Part shown: positions 55,342 through 64,000 of the stretch, piece by piece
How the letters are laid out: each line of letters begins with the position of its first letter
Position numbering within the stretch: the stretch's first letter is position 1
NCBI GenBank assembly: GCA_949294455.1
Contig: CASFHD010000001.1
Span: 9,556 to 73,555 of the forward strand
Source of the DNA: an uncultured Christensenella sp.
Lineage (GTDB): Bacteria > Bacillota > Clostridia > Christensenellales > UBA1242
Reading direction: 5' to 3'
Length of the DNA: 64,000 nucleotides
The notes under the pieces: model-generated
The model's database searches: none
Seen by the model: the letters and a program-made list of their open reading frames with translations, nothing else
Told to the model about the DNA's origin: nothing
Program-made: the position numbers and the translations under genes

Positions 55342-58042
55342 ATGCTTCGCCTATAATTTGTTTACAAACTGGTAGGCAATTAACATCTACAAAAGTTCTA
55401 GATAATGGTCCTGATATTAAGAAACATCTACCTAGCCCTGCAGAAACAATACCTTCTTGTTCATCTTGGTTCAACCCGCCTGCTGATTTATATAAATTCA
55501 ACAAATCTGCCATATCGTTAGGCGCCAACTGGAAGATCATCGAATATTGGCTCGCATTAATAATTGCCGCAGATTTTCTTTCAATATCAGCACTACCTAA
55601 GAAGTCTTTTATATTTTGCGTAATTATAATTTGCATACCTTGATATTTTCTGATTCTTTTTGCCATTTTACTCATAAAAGATAATGCTATAGGGAATTGT
55701 GGGTCAATAAACATATGTGCTTCATCAACTACAACTACCACTTGCCTATTAATTTTTTCGCCATAAGTTTTGTAATATTGTTGGTTGAAATCTTTATTAT
55801 TTATAATTTCATTAGTTAAATACTTGAATACTAACAACATTTGTGCGTTCGCTAAAGATGTGTTTTCACTTGCAAACAATGTCTGAAAGTTAAATGTAAT
55901 AAAGTTTTCATTAGTCATAATTGATGTTGGACCATTCCAAAGGTCAGCATTTCTTCCACCAGTTGCAAATTTTTCAATATAATTGTGCAAAACATTCAAG
56001 CATCTTACTTGATAATCATTTTTAGCTTTATCTAATTTTTTATTAATTAATGCATACAAATCATCAAATATAGGATAATCATTAGCAGTTAATTTTGAAA
56101 TATCTGTTGAATAATTTATTCCTTTTAATTTATATGTTTCAACAATTAATGAATTCAGCATTTCAAACGAGTCTGTATCAATACCATTTAATACTACTCT
56201 AAAAAATTGTTCCAAGAATTGTAAATGTGTTACGAATGCCTTATTTGAACTTGTTGTTACTTCTTCAACCCCTTCTTCATCATCTTGTTTAGTGTCAAAT
56301 TCTTCTAAATCTTCTAAACTCGCCATTATGTGAAAAGGATTTAAAATTCCTGAAGTGTTTGTGCCTACATTGATTACTTTACCACCTAAATTAAGTGTCA
56401 AATCCTGATACTCATATTCTGGGTCACATATAAATATTTTCGTTCTGTCCGCCGCCAAATTAGCTAAAAGTGTTTTAGTTGCAAAAGATTTTCCCGAACC
56501 AGATTTTCCTACAATCATCATATTAGAGTTAACTCTTTCTCTGTCTCGTTTAAAGAAATCCACAAATACAGGATATTGTCCATCACCAATATAGAACCCT
56601 TTTTCATCTTGAAGCAAATTTGAAATGAATGGGAATGATGCCGCCAAACTATTGTTTGGAATTCCTCGTCTATATTGTTTTATTGTGTCTATTTTGCTTA
56701 TGTTAGAACTGATAAATGCATCTACTTGTCTTCCAAACATTTCAGAGTATTTAAAGCCATCTTGACGCAAAATTGTTCTTGCTTCTTTTCTGTCTGACTC
56801 TTGAACTCGTATGTGAATGTTAACATCATATAATTGTTCATTTTTATTTCTAAGGTCTGCTAAAAGTTGTTGCAAAGTTTGAATGTCAGTTTCCTGTTCA
56901 ATGAGTTTACTACGCCTTGAAATTCTTGACAGCCTAATTTCTTTTTCCATAATAGTTCGGTCAATCATTTTTTCAGCCTTATCTCTATCAATAGGAGTGA
57001 AATTCATTACTACTCGTGAACCATTAAGGTTAAATAAATTAAATCCCCAACCATTTCCAACTGTCAATGGATAATCTGTAATGGAAAAATTTCTATAAAT
57101 TTTTTTATCTATAACAGTACGCATTGGCTTAAACTCTATTTTCTTAGGCATAATCCAATCTAGGTAATTTTTAGGAATTATATTTTCTACTTCTGTTTCA
57201 TCAAAAATCTCTTGGTAGTTTGATTTTAAAAAAGTTACAATTTCTCGTTCTTTTAAAATTTCACTTTTTAAACTAGCCTGTCCTGCTCCTATATCATTCA
57301 TAATACCGATACAAGTATCTTCCAAAGCAGTCCTGTCCGCGCCATAAACCACCAAATAATAGTGATCTTGAAGCACAGGTTCTGATTTATTTGCATTGTC
57401 TAGGACTCTCACTCTTTCTTCGAAAATGTATGAACGCGCTTGAACTTCTTGTTCGTTATATTGCCCACGCTCAGCAAGTGTATTCATAAGTTGGAACTTT
57501 TCATCATCATTTTGCATAAATTTATCAAAACGCATAGGCTTTCTAAGTTTTACAATACTTGCTGATTGTAGATTGCTAAGACGCTTTAATCCCCTACCAA
57601 AAGTAGATATTAAGGCATCTTGAACATCTTCTGACATAAGTCCAAAACCAACTGGCTTTATCTCAATTACCATACCATAGTACGAACCAAAATTTATAAA
57701 ACGACCCAAGTCAATTTTTAAAAATGGAGTAATTTCTTTAATATCTCTATAACCTTTTAGTTTTCCCGTTTTCGGCATAATGGCATATTTTTTTCTAAAA
57801 GCAAAAAATCTAAATAATAATCCGATTGAACTCCAGAGCCTAAGCCCATCATCCATAGGAAGGAAAAGAGTTATAATTATTACCGCCCAGCCAATTAAAA
57901 TATACCATTTATAAGGAAGATTAGTATAAACAAATATTAAGGCACCAGCAAGACCAATAACCAAAAGAATTAAATCACCCCAAGTGAAACCCTTAGCGAT
58001 TTCAGATTTAACTCTAGTTCTTCCCGGAATATATCTAAGCAT
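55340..58042 (-). CDS. VirB4-family conjugation ATPase with N-terminal VirB3-like 2-TM segment
   Basis: 900 aa with Walker A VGKSGSGKSF and Walker B VVVVDEAH. Two N-terminal TM helices are present. Strong RBS (aaggagg). Confidence 0.9.
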   Translation of the reverse strand: MLRYIPGRTRVKSEIAKGFTWGDLILLVIGLAGALIFVYTNLPYKWYILIGWAVIIITLFLPMDDGLRLWSSIGLLFRFFAFRKKYAIMPKTGKLKGYRDIKEITPFLKIDLGRFINFGSYYGMVIEIKPVGFGLMSEDVQDALISTFGRGLKRLSNLQSASIVKLRKPMRFDKFMQNDDEKFQLMNTLAERGQYNEQEVQARSYIFEERVRVLDNANKSEPVLQDHYYLVVYGADRTALEDTCIGIMNDIGAGQASLKSEILKEREIVTFLKSNYQEIFDETEVENIIPKNYLDWIMPKKIEFKPMRTVIDKKIYRNFSITDYPLTVGNGWGFNLFNLNGSRVVMNFTPIDRDKAEKMIDRTIMEKEIRLSRISRRSKLIEQETDIQTLQQLLADLRNKNEQLYDVNIHIRVQESDRKEARTILRQDGFKYSEMFGRQVDAFISSNISKIDTIKQYRRGIPNNSLAASFPFISNLLQDEKGFYIGDGQYPVFVDFFKRDRERVNSNMMIVGKSGSGKSFATKTLLANLAADRTKIFICDPEYEYQDLTLNLGGKVINVGTNTSGILNPFHIMASLEDLEEFDTKQDDEEGVEEVTTSSNKAFVTHLQFLEQFFRVVLNGIDTDSFEMLNSLIVETYKLKGINYSTDISKLTANDYPIFDDLYALINKKLDKAKNDYQVRCLNVLHNYIEKFATGGRNADLWNGPTSIMTNENFITFNFQTLFASENTSLANAQMLLVFKYLTNEIINNKDFNQQYYKTYGEKINRQVVVVVDEAHMFIDPQFPIALSFMSKMAKRIRKYQGMQIIITQNIKDFLGSADIERKSAAIINASQYSMIFQLAPNDMADLLNLYKSAGGLNQDEQEGIVSAGLGRCFLISGPLSRTFVDVNCLPVCKQIIGEA

Positions 58043-58053
58043 ACTACCTCCTT

Positions 58054-60960
58054 TTATTTACTACTCGTTGCTTTTCTTATAGCTTTTTCATAAGCATCAA
58101 TTTGACTCTGAGTCAGTGATCCATATGTAGAATTGATAGTAGATGAACCAACACCTTTCTTTTCAACACTGACAATTTCTTTAGCTGCTTGTTCTATTTT
58201 ATTATCAATTGCAGAAATGTCAGTTTTTATACCAGTTTTAATATTGTCAATTCTTTTTGCATATAATCCCGTTGCTGATGATACTTTAGTTAATATCTCA
58301 CTATCCCTCATTGCAGCCTCAACAGAACTAACCAAATTATCCGCCTCAGTATTTAACCCAGCAGTTCGCATGTTTGCTATCGTATTCTTCAATCCTTTAG
58401 TTATTGCACCAGTTTTGATACTATCCAAAACATCCTTAGATACATTTCTCATATGATTAGGATGTACCCCATACTTGTTTTCGTAATAACCAACTGCAGC
58501 CTGTGTCGCATTTGCAATAAGATTTATAGTTGATTCGCTTTTTTTCAAATCTTGTTCTTTACTCAAATCTGACTTATTTGTAATTTCAAGAGTTTGTTTT
58601 GCTATAGTTGTATCTCTAAATTTTGAGCCTGAAGCGAGTTCGGAATCTATAATTTTTCTTCGCTCGTATGCATCAAGTGCAGACTTCCTTTCAGCTTCTT
58701 TTTTCTCTTTACCAAATAAAGGTATGTTCTGTTTAAAAGTTTCGGCTGCTGCAAAATCTGCATCATTACCTGATCTAATTGCAGCATCTAACATCTTATT
58801 ATATTTATTTTCTGAAACGTTTTTATATTGTTTACCATATGATTCTTTAATATTTGTAAAAGTTTCTTCAGGATTGGCAATTCCACTTATTTTACTAAAT
58901 GCCTTTCCTCCTATTTCTTTCGCAGCAAATTTTCCTGCTGCTTTAATACCTCCTGCAGCTAATGCTCCGCCAGCTCCTGCCCCTAATGTAGCTGCTGTAA
59001 CACCAACAGCAATTGCGGTTTTTGCTGCGTCTTTTATTGGTTTTGTATAAGATTCCCTAGATGTTTTTCCTATATCAAGCAAATTGTCGGAACCTAACAA
59101 TCCACTTAACATAGTTATTAATCCACTGGCTTCATAAAACAATGCATTTATAACTATTAATCTTAAATACATACTTATTAAAGCATGACCCAATATTTGT
59201 AACGATATAAAGATTGGAATTAAGGCTAAAATTATGTTTATTATTGCAATCGCTGCGTACGCTAAAATTGCATTTTTAACAAATTCTCCCGCCCAAGTAC
59301 TTAATGGTTGTCCATCTTTAATAGGATAAAGACAAAGAGGAATCGGACTTATTATATAAAGGATAACCAATTTAATCATCCTTGAAACTAATCCATAACA
59401 TAATTTAATTAATATACCTATTAAGAAACCCGCTGCTATTATTGCTGTAAAATAATTCATCTCTCCTATGTTGTAAAAAAGAGAATATGCTTTCAATGTA
59501 TAAATTATACTAACTCCTCTTGATATTGGTATAATAGAACTATTTATTGGCACACCAGTTAAACCAATAACAGAATCAGCATCTAAGTATAGAACTTGAC
59601 CATAATTAGCATCTTGAAAATTATTTTGTATAGCATTATCTATTAAATCAGCTAATGAATTTATCTGATCTTCAGTGAAAAAATTTTCATTGTAAAAAAA
59701 CTTTTCGTTCATAGCAGCAACATAATATACAAATAAACTGGTATTCTTTGCATCTGGATTTGAAAACGATACTTTTCTGGTTTCACTAAGACTATTAGCT
59801 ACCGCACTTACTACACTTTTTAATAAACCGTATAATCCTGTATAATCTGCTAAAGATACTATATCATCAATAGTCAAGCAAACGCTTTCTGCAGTATTAG
59901 CCTTAGCTGCTTCTACAATTTTTTGATCTTGATAATCTCCTTTACCATAAACTGTCCACGTACCAGCTTTTGTTATATTAACAGTCTTTGTTGGTATTGT
60001 TGGTATTAATTTTGATGACAATGAATAATTTCCACTCTCATCATAATAAACTTTACCTCCATCTAAATCTTTTCTATCAACCTCGATACCATCATTATTT
60101 CGGTAAATATGTTTATCTTTAATACCATCTCCATCAGTATCAAAAAAACAATCATTAGCATTTAATGTAAAAATTAAATTTTGTGTTACATCATTATTTG
60201 GATAATAATAATAATAATAATCAACTTCAATTACCTCATCTTCTGATATTTCATTTCCTTTTTCATCATAAAAAACATTTACAGTTTGTTCAAAAGTTGT
60301 GCTGCCAGAAGTTTCATAATAATTTCCTAAATATTTATCAGCAATTCCATCAATAGTCTCTGTCATTCCAAAAGCTAGAACATAATACATTGCAAGCATT
60401 TGAGTCTCAGGCTCATTCCAAGTTAAATTTCTTAAATAACTAGCATTATAAGAAGCTATATTAAAAATTTCTGAAGATAGAGATGTTTCATCATCTCCAT
60501 TTGAAGTTGCTCCATTAATTGCTCTCAATACAATATTCCCTATTAATATACCAAATACGCAAGTAATAGGAATTAAAATAAAACCCATTAATGCTTTGAC
60601 AGCGTTTCCTGCTATTTTATTCCAAGGTAATTTATTCTCAATATATTGATTTTTAATAATTGAAATAATAGTTGTTATGATTAAAAGCAATATTGCGAAC
60701 AAAGTAATTGATATTAGCAAGTTTTTTACAATCCTTGTTTGCATTAATGTCGACACAATATCATAGTTATAAGAATCTGATAGATTGCTACCAGTTATTA
60801 AATTTTGATTATTAATTTGCAAACCTTGTTCTATACCACACAGTTTGTAGAATATATCTTCAATATACAATATCATTAACATCATTGCATTTAATATTGC
60901 TGCTAATATTTCATATACAAAACTATAAAAATAAGCAAAAATACCTTTAACTGTATCCAT
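58054..60960 (-). CDS. large polytopic T4SS membrane protein (VirB6/ConG/TcpH-like)
   Basis: 968 aa. It has N-terminal TM helices, a large extracytoplasmic domain with a DTDGDGIKD Ca-binding-like motif, a second TM cluster and an Ala/Lys-rich C-terminal tail. The call rests on architecture and position. Confidence 0.55.
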   Translation of the reverse strand: MDTVKGIFAYFYSFVYEILAAILNAMMLMILYIEDIFYKLCGIEQGLQINNQNLITGSNLSDSYNYDIVSTLMQTRIVKNLLISITLFAILLLIITTIISIIKNQYIENKLPWNKIAGNAVKALMGFILIPITCVFGILIGNIVLRAINGATSNGDDETSLSSEIFNIASYNASYLRNLTWNEPETQMLAMYYVLAFGMTETIDGIADKYLGNYYETSGSTTFEQTVNVFYDEKGNEISEDEVIEVDYYYYYYPNNDVTQNLIFTLNANDCFFDTDGDGIKDKHIYRNNDGIEVDRKDLDGGKVYYDESGNYSLSSKLIPTIPTKTVNITKAGTWTVYGKGDYQDQKIVEAAKANTAESVCLTIDDIVSLADYTGLYGLLKSVVSAVANSLSETRKVSFSNPDAKNTSLFVYYVAAMNEKFFYNENFFTEDQINSLADLIDNAIQNNFQDANYGQVLYLDADSVIGLTGVPINSSIIPISRGVSIIYTLKAYSLFYNIGEMNYFTAIIAAGFLIGILIKLCYGLVSRMIKLVILYIISPIPLCLYPIKDGQPLSTWAGEFVKNAILAYAAIAIINIILALIPIFISLQILGHALISMYLRLIVINALFYEASGLITMLSGLLGSDNLLDIGKTSRESYTKPIKDAAKTAIAVGVTAATLGAGAGGALAAGGIKAAGKFAAKEIGGKAFSKISGIANPEETFTNIKESYGKQYKNVSENKYNKMLDAAIRSGNDADFAAAETFKQNIPLFGKEKKEAERKSALDAYERRKIIDSELASGSKFRDTTIAKQTLEITNKSDLSKEQDLKKSESTINLIANATQAAVGYYENKYGVHPNHMRNVSKDVLDSIKTGAITKGLKNTIANMRTAGLNTEADNLVSSVEAAMRDSEILTKVSSATGLYAKRIDNIKTGIKTDISAIDNKIEQAAKEIVSVEKKGVGSSTINSTYGSLTQSQIDAYEKAIRKATSSK

Positions 60961-61027
60961 AAATTCTCCATTTAATAAAATTACTTAATAGTTTATTATT
61001 ACATCCATTTTAACGACAATAACTATT

Positions 61028-61810
61028 TTATTTTTTATAATAGGTTAACAGCATACTACACTTAGCTGAATATCTTGTATTATTTTTTTGATAAAATATT
61101 GCATTAATCTTTATAAAATTTATATTATTTTGGCTATATATATCATAACTATTTACTATCAAATTAAAACCTTCTACTCCAGTACCTTCAAAAATCCATT
61201 TCCCCCAATTGGTTCCTTCAATAAAGACATAATTTTTGAATATTCTGTTAATTTCAGTATAATCACCATTTTGCATATTGTTATACATATCTTCCGTAAT
61301 AATTACTTCTTGTTCTGGCAAACTATCTCGTTCAGCGTAGTAATCTATATCTTGTAAAGCATCTACTAGCGCTGTAAAACCATCATCAACAATAGAATCT
61401 ATATCTTCTATCGTAAATACAACTGTTGTATCAAAAAATTCTTCATATGAATCGCCACTACCAGTATTTCCAGCATCTTCATCTGGATTTGATGTTTCAT
61501 TTGACCCAAATATTGGATTTTGTGTTAACCAGTCAGTTACTTTTCCTGTCCCCATATAACTTGCTACTGAAAAGAATATGACACATAGAACTACTACTAC
61601 CACAAAACTTATAATTAAATTAACCATATTATTTATAGCCTTGCTTCTCTGATCCGTTCCGTCTGAAATTCCAATTTTAACACCTAAAACTATAGCATAA
61701 ATACCCGCCACTGCAGTCAACACTATTAAAAAAGGAAGCGCAAAATCTCGTAAATCTTCTGCAAATTCATTTATCCAACCTATATTATCAGTTGCCAAAA
61801 ATGTAAACAT
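61028..61810 (-). CDS. pilin-like (VirB2/Maff2-like) 2-TM module fused to a ~165-aa acidic C-terminal domain
   Basis: The N-terminal 95 aa are paralogous to 62207..62497 and 62549..62848. Examples are DFALPFLIVLTAVAGIYAIVLGVKIG and GKVTDWLTQNPIFGS. Confidence 0.5.
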   Translation of the reverse strand: MFTFLATDNIGWINEFAEDLRDFALPFLIVLTAVAGIYAIVLGVKIGISDGTDQRSKAINNMVNLIISFVVVVVLCVIFFSVASYMGTGKVTDWLTQNPIFGSNETSNPDEDAGNTGSGDSYEEFFDTTVVFTIEDIDSIVDDGFTALVDALQDIDYYAERDSLPEQEVIITEDMYNNMQNGDYTEINRIFKNYVFIEGTNWGKWIFEGTGVEGFNLIVNSYDIYSQNNINFIKINAIFYQKNNTRYSAKCSMLLTYYKK

Positions 61811-62161
61811 CTTAACCCCTTATATCTCTTTTATTTATTATAACTAAAAAATAAGATTTTTTACAAACATTTTCGACAAATTATTAATATTTATAAATGT
61901 ATTAAAATATTAATTGAGATTTCAAACTAAATATTACACGCATTAAAATAAATTCAATTAAAATGAAATACATATAATAAAACAAAAATTTAAATTCACT
62001 AAAATTATATGCCTTAATTTTAAATTAAAAAAAACAAACTGTTAAATAATATTTATAAGTAAAAATTAATTAGTTTTGAATTCTCTAATATAATTGTATG
62101 CTAATAGAACATTTGGAATATAATTTAATACTCCATTGTTCTACAAATTTTTGAAATAGTC

Positions 62162-62189
62162 TTGAAATTTATATAAATTATGCTATAAT
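62162..62189 (+). promoter_or_regulatory. strong promoter of the inverted pilin-like paralogue
   Basis: TTGAAA (62162-62167), a 16-nt spacer, then an extended -10 TGcTATAAT (62181-62189). Confidence 0.5.
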
Positions 62190-62206
62190 GTTTCTCGAGG
62201 AAAGTT

Positions 62207-62497
62207 ATGAAAGTTCAATGGATTGTTGATTTGGGTGAAAATTTAAAGGAATATGCAATACCTTTTTTGATTTTGTTAACATTATTTTGTGCCGGGTGTA
62301 TTTTGGTTGCAGGCATTAAAATGACTTTTGCAAAATCAAAAGACGATAAAAATAGATTTATTAATAATTTTATTCACATTATTGTTTCATACATAGTTAT
62401 CATTGTAATATGCGTCTTGTTATTTTCAATTCTTTCATATTTCGCAAATGGTGACTTTATAGCTTGGCTAAGAAGTTACCCTCTATTTTCAGAATAA
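62207..62497 (+). CDS. pilin-like 2-TM protein, inverted paralogue
   Basis: 96 aa. EYAIPFLILLTLFCAGCILVAGIKM...GDFIAWLRSYPLFSE aligns with the N-terminus of 61028..61810. RBS is gagga. Confidence 0.5.
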   Translation: MKVQWIVDLGENLKEYAIPFLILLTLFCAGCILVAGIKMTFAKSKDDKNRFINNFIHIIVSYIVIIVICVLLFSILSYFANGDFIAWLRSYPLFSE

Positions 62498-62521
62498 ATC
62501 ATATTATTAATTGATTTTATT

Positions 62522-62548
62522 AAAAAAAATATGCCGTACGGCATATTT
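62522..62548. terminator. bidirectional terminator between convergent pilin-like genes
   Basis: A8, atatgccg-ta-cggcatat, T-run. Confidence 0.7.
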
Positions 62549-62848
62549 TTATCCTAATACATTTTTATCTGTGTCAACAACTTTTTCTAAAATATTAGGT
62601 AATGAGAATAACAAAATTACCATTATTATAGTAACCACTAATGCTATAATTATATAAATTAATTTCTTTTGTGCTTCTTGTCTAGCATCTGCATTTTCAG
62701 CAGTAGCAAGTTTTACACCTACATATATTGCATAGAACGCAGCCACAGCAGCAACTACTATCAAAATTGGTACTACAAACGTTTTTAACCAATTAACTAA
62801 ATTTGTAACCCAATCAGGTACCATAAATGTATTTAAAAGCAATGACAT
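62549..62848 (-). CDS. pilin-like (VirB2/TrbC/Maff2-like) 2-TM protein
   Basis: 99 aa from MSLLLNTF (GGGGG 8 nt upstream). Contains TFVVPILIVVAAVAAFYAIYVGVKLATAENADARQEAQKKLIYIIIALVV. Confidence 0.55.
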   Translation of the reverse strand: MSLLLNTFMVPDWVTNLVNWLKTFVVPILIVVAAVAAFYAIYVGVKLATAENADARQEAQKKLIYIIIALVVTIIMVILLFSLPNILEKVVDTDKNVLG

Positions 62849-63249
62849 ATAATTTACCCCCATATCAAATATCATTTGACTATATTGAATAATTTATCAA
62901 ATTGATTTTTAAAAATCAACTAATTTATACATATTTTTTATTATTTTTCAAATTTTATTTTTAATACGAAAATTTTAAATATTTTCTTTATTTTTCAGGT
63001 AAGTTAATACAATAATGTTTCATATTTAAATGATTTTACTTTTATTATTATTTATTTTTTTATTATTACTACTATTATACAAAAACAATATTTACAGTTG
63101 CATTTATGCTAAACATTTTTTTATTTTATTTTGTAATACTCCATAAAATTAAAAATGTTATAAAAATTCATTTTTTAATTTACTATTATTTTGCTATAAT
63201 GTATAATAATATCAATTAAACAAATCTTTAATGTGTATTTGAGGTGTAT

Positions 63250-64000
63250 ATGAAGAAGTTAAGAAAAAAAATAATTATATTGTTGATAGCAACAATGTTT
63301 TTATATATTTTATCAGTTATTTTAGGCGGAATATGGCTTGGTTACAAATTATTTAGTGCTGATTTTTGGCTTACTGCTGAAACATATACCAACTCAACTA
63401 CACTAATGATATTTGGGCTTGCAGAAGCAATTTTAGTTGTAATAATGTTATATAGACTAGCAGAAGGCAAGGACAAAGGTTCTTCAAAGGTAGGTTCTGG
63501 TAAAGACAAAAGAGGTAACACTGTTGAACAATATTTTAGTGATGATTTTGTTTCATTAAAAGACCTAAAAACAAAATCCATATTTAACTTTTGTACATTT
63601 AAAAATTTAAAAAATGTTAAAAAAGATGGCGTATTAGTTCGTGCTGAAAAGAAAAATCAAGATATGGAAATTAATTTTATTAAGCCAATTCATACTCTAA
63701 TTGTTGGTACAACTTCATCTGGTAAATCTACTAAATTTATCGAACCTACTTTACAGATAATGTCAAGGACCGCATCTAAACCTTCATTTGTAATAACCGA
63801 CCCAAAAGGTGAATTATATGACCACCATTGTGTTATGCTTAAAAATCAAGGATACAACATTAAAGTATTAGACTTAAGAAACCCATTTGGTTCAATAAAA
63901 TGGAATCCTCTTGCTTATACTTATGACAACTATCACAGAAGTTTTCAGCTTGAAAACGAAGTTAAAATTCACGAGGCTGGTGATGATCCAAAAAGTTTTA
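63250..64000 (+). CDS. VirD4/TraG-type type IV coupling protein, N-terminal 250 aa (runs off right edge)
   Basis: Manual translation gives MKKLRKKIIILLIATMF... with 2 TM helices. Walker A is LIVGTTSSGKST, followed by ITDPKGELYD and VLDLRNPFGSIKWNPL. RBS is gaggtg. It has no stop in the window, so it is absent from the ORF track. Confidence 0.85.
   Translation, partial: MKKLRKKIIILLIATMFLYILSVILGGIWLGYKLFSADFWLTAETYTNSTTLMIFGLAEAILVVIMLYRLAEGKDKGSSKVGSGKDKRGNTVEQYFSDDFVSLKDLKTKSIFNFCTFKNLKNVKKDGVLVRAEKKNQDMEINFIKPIHTLIVGTTSSGKSTKFIEPTLQIMSRTASKPSFVITDPKGELYDHHCVMLKNQGYNIKVLDLRNPFGSIKWNPLAYTYDNYHRSFQLENEVKIHEAGDDPKSF

Larger units (their letters stand above)
55340..64000. mobile_element. type IV secretion / conjugation module (element continues beyond the window)
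   Basis: Contains a VirB3-VirB4 fusion, a VirB6-like protein, pilin-like 2-TM proteins and a VirD4 coupling protein. Confidence 0.6.

Noticed and set aside
55329-55643. 104-aa plus-strand ORF at the virB4 3' end, plus many other 60-110-aa track ORFs (e.g. 7721-7984, 8079-8324, 29363-30583, 44273-44614, 58133-59050)
   Set aside because: All lie antisense within long, motif-supported genes and lack ribosome-binding sites. They are typical AT-rich-genome shadow ORFs.

Overview
Low-GC (roughly 70% AT by eye) Bacillota-type chromosome segment using the standard code (TGA is a stop, TGG is Trp; a SpoIIID homologue is present). All product calls rest on motifs I recognise in the translations; no database search was possible. 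The backbone is housekeeping: ppa (partial), a T-box-controlled glyQS, rplI, pyk, argS, acpP, mfd, pth, rlmH, tadA, an rlmCD-like methyltransferase, lysS and gpsA. Five tRNA genes are present (Ser-GCU, Ser-UGA, Met-CAU, Glu-UUC). Several accessory blocks are interleaved with this backbone. (1) 239-3816: RfbF, GtrA, a GT2 and a polytopic membrane protein, which looks like a surface-glycosylation module. (2) 4300-6842: a decayed islet next to tRNA-Ser(GCU). (3) 8915-10057: an IS200-like tnpA with CCACGGG/CCCGTGG hairpin ends and a duplicated 48-nt end that brackets a small passenger gene. (4) 13241-19969: a tRNA-bounded segment holding two start-less Rhs/YD C-terminal toxin cassettes that share a ~150-nt recombination handle. 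It also holds an immunity candidate, a lipoprotein, an FkbM methyltransferase and a collagen-repeat/beta-helix protein. (5) 20136-28121: an ~8.0-kb integrative element inserted in the 3' end of tRNA-Glu, and the most interesting region in the window. Both junctions and a 50-bp attP can be reconstructed. Its large serine recombinase ORF reads across attL. It also carries an HUH Rep, a tyrosine-recombinase-like protein and a cargo operon (structured leader RNA, PD-(D/E)XK nuclease, two SHOCT membrane proteins, P-loop-less RecA-like protein). (6) 36362-37856: a 1.4-kb insert flanked by a 94-nt duplication of the M23 peptidase 3' end. (7) 55340-64000: a Gram-positive-type type IV secretion/conjugation module that runs off the right edge. 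It contains a VirB3-VirB4 fusion, a VirB6-like protein, three paralogous 2-TM pilin-like proteins and a VirD4 coupling protein. No CRISPR array or rRNA was seen.
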